Source of the DNA: Balanoglossus misakiensis
Lineage: Eukaryota > Animalia > Hemichordata
Assembly (NCBI GenBank): GCA_040954595.2
Contig: CM082583.2
Coordinates: 10,863,656-10,927,655, forward strand
DNA length: 64,000 nt
Direction: 5' to 3'
In this document: positions 62,827 through 64,000 of the stretch, in pieces
Layout: each line of letters starts with the position of its first letter
Numbering within the stretch: the stretch's first letter is position 1
Position numbers and translations under genes: made by a program
The notes under the pieces: model-generated
What the model saw: the letters and a program-made list of their open reading frames with translations, nothing else
Databases searched by the model: none
Told to the model about the DNA's origin: nothing

Positions 62827-63870
62827 ATGGATCTAATGGATAGCAATACAGTGGCGGCGAATGTCACGAACGCCACGGCGAGTCCCGAGGACGAACTGAC
62901 GGGCGAGCTGGGACTGGCGGACGCCATTTTGACGACAACGACGTTGGTTGTCATCATGCTGGGGATGGGATGTACACAGACTCTGCCAGAGTTATGGAAG
63001 ATCCTGAAAAGACCGTTCGGTATCATCATCGGCTTCATCGTCCAGTTCTTTCTCATGCCACTGGTCGGTTTTGGATTGGCGCACGCTTTCAATCTGTCCG
63101 ACGCACTGGCCATAAGCACCGTCATCATGACGTGTTGCCCAGGTGGTTCCATGTCCAATCTCTTCGCCTATTGGGCATTAGCAGATATTTCACTGAGGTA
63201 AGAACTTTAAAATGTCTCGGTTCTGTGGTGACTTTTCTCATTTTTGTTTTCAAATGGGCCCTTTGGATCCGGCAAAGAAGAACAATTATTTTCACAAACT
63301 TAAGGCTTCTTTGTCATTTCACTTTATCCTTGGTCAAAAGCAAGGGAAAGGTCACCACATGTGATGACGGCAACGTTTTTTGTCCAACCATGTGATTACT
63401 AGTATTTGTACGAGTAATCATTCCTGTGATGAGTGATTGTGATTGCGAACTTTGCACACAGAGGCAGTTCAAGTGAAACCAGTCAACAAATATCGCCACT
63501 TTGAGCACTGTGATGCGCAGAAAATAAAAACAGAAACTGCAGTAACTGGTATTGAGACTGCATACAAAGTTTCCATGCCAACGCCAATACAGAACCGCAA
63601 GCAGTCTGGCATATCTGATTGAAACCTCGTTGTTAAATAAGTGGTATTTTTTGTTGCAGTATCTGCATGACTACGTGTTCAACTATTCTGGCGGTCGGTA
63701 TGATGCCCCTCTGTATATTCATGTACACGGGAAAATGGACAAACGAAGACACCCAAATCGCCATCCCTTATGTAAATGTGGCCACTTCTCTGGCCACCAT
63801 CTTGTTGCCGACAGCAGTTGGAATGTTGATAAACTGGAAATTCAAGAAAATCGCCAAGTATCTCACGCAG
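62827..63870 (+). CDS. SLC10 sodium/bile acid cotransporter, copy E, partial (exons 1-2; remainder beyond the window)
   Basis: Exons 62827-63197 (MLGMGCT, QFFLMP, CCPGGSMSNLFAYW, ADISLS) and 63660-63870 (ICMTTCSTILAVGMMPL, IPY). Intron positions and phases match copies A-D. Confidence 0.92.
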
Positions 63871-64000
63871 GTAAAGTTGCCTTTCATTGTCACTGCGACA
63901 ATACACCAAGTATAAGATAACATCCTCTGGAGCCCAGTGGCCACTACTGGTGAGAACATTTCATTGTGAACAGCGCCCCCAGTGGTATAACCCTATTTGT

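Overview
Eukaryotic (metazoan, probably marine invertebrate; taxon not provable here) genomic DNA with spliceosomal introns. 1-10350 is a very homogeneous 87-bp AT-rich satellite (~119 monomers) with internal higher-order duplications. It ends in about 3 diverged monomers that keep a GCTATAACCCATG core. About 2 kb beyond it lies a complete 4-exon Wnt ligand gene (minus strand, 375 aa). Head-to-head with the Wnt gene are two tandem 12-exon paralogues (526 and 504 aa). They encode a patatin phospholipase resembling the bacterial ExoU/VipD-like family, with an N-myristoylation motif and a pair of EF-hands inserted into the catalytic fold; this is the most unusual system in the window. A cluster of five SLC10 sodium/bile-acid symporter genes follows (four complete on minus, one partial on plus). 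Exon models were reconstructed by hand from splice signals and frame continuity. The long satellite ORFs and most short ORFs in the track are non-coding.
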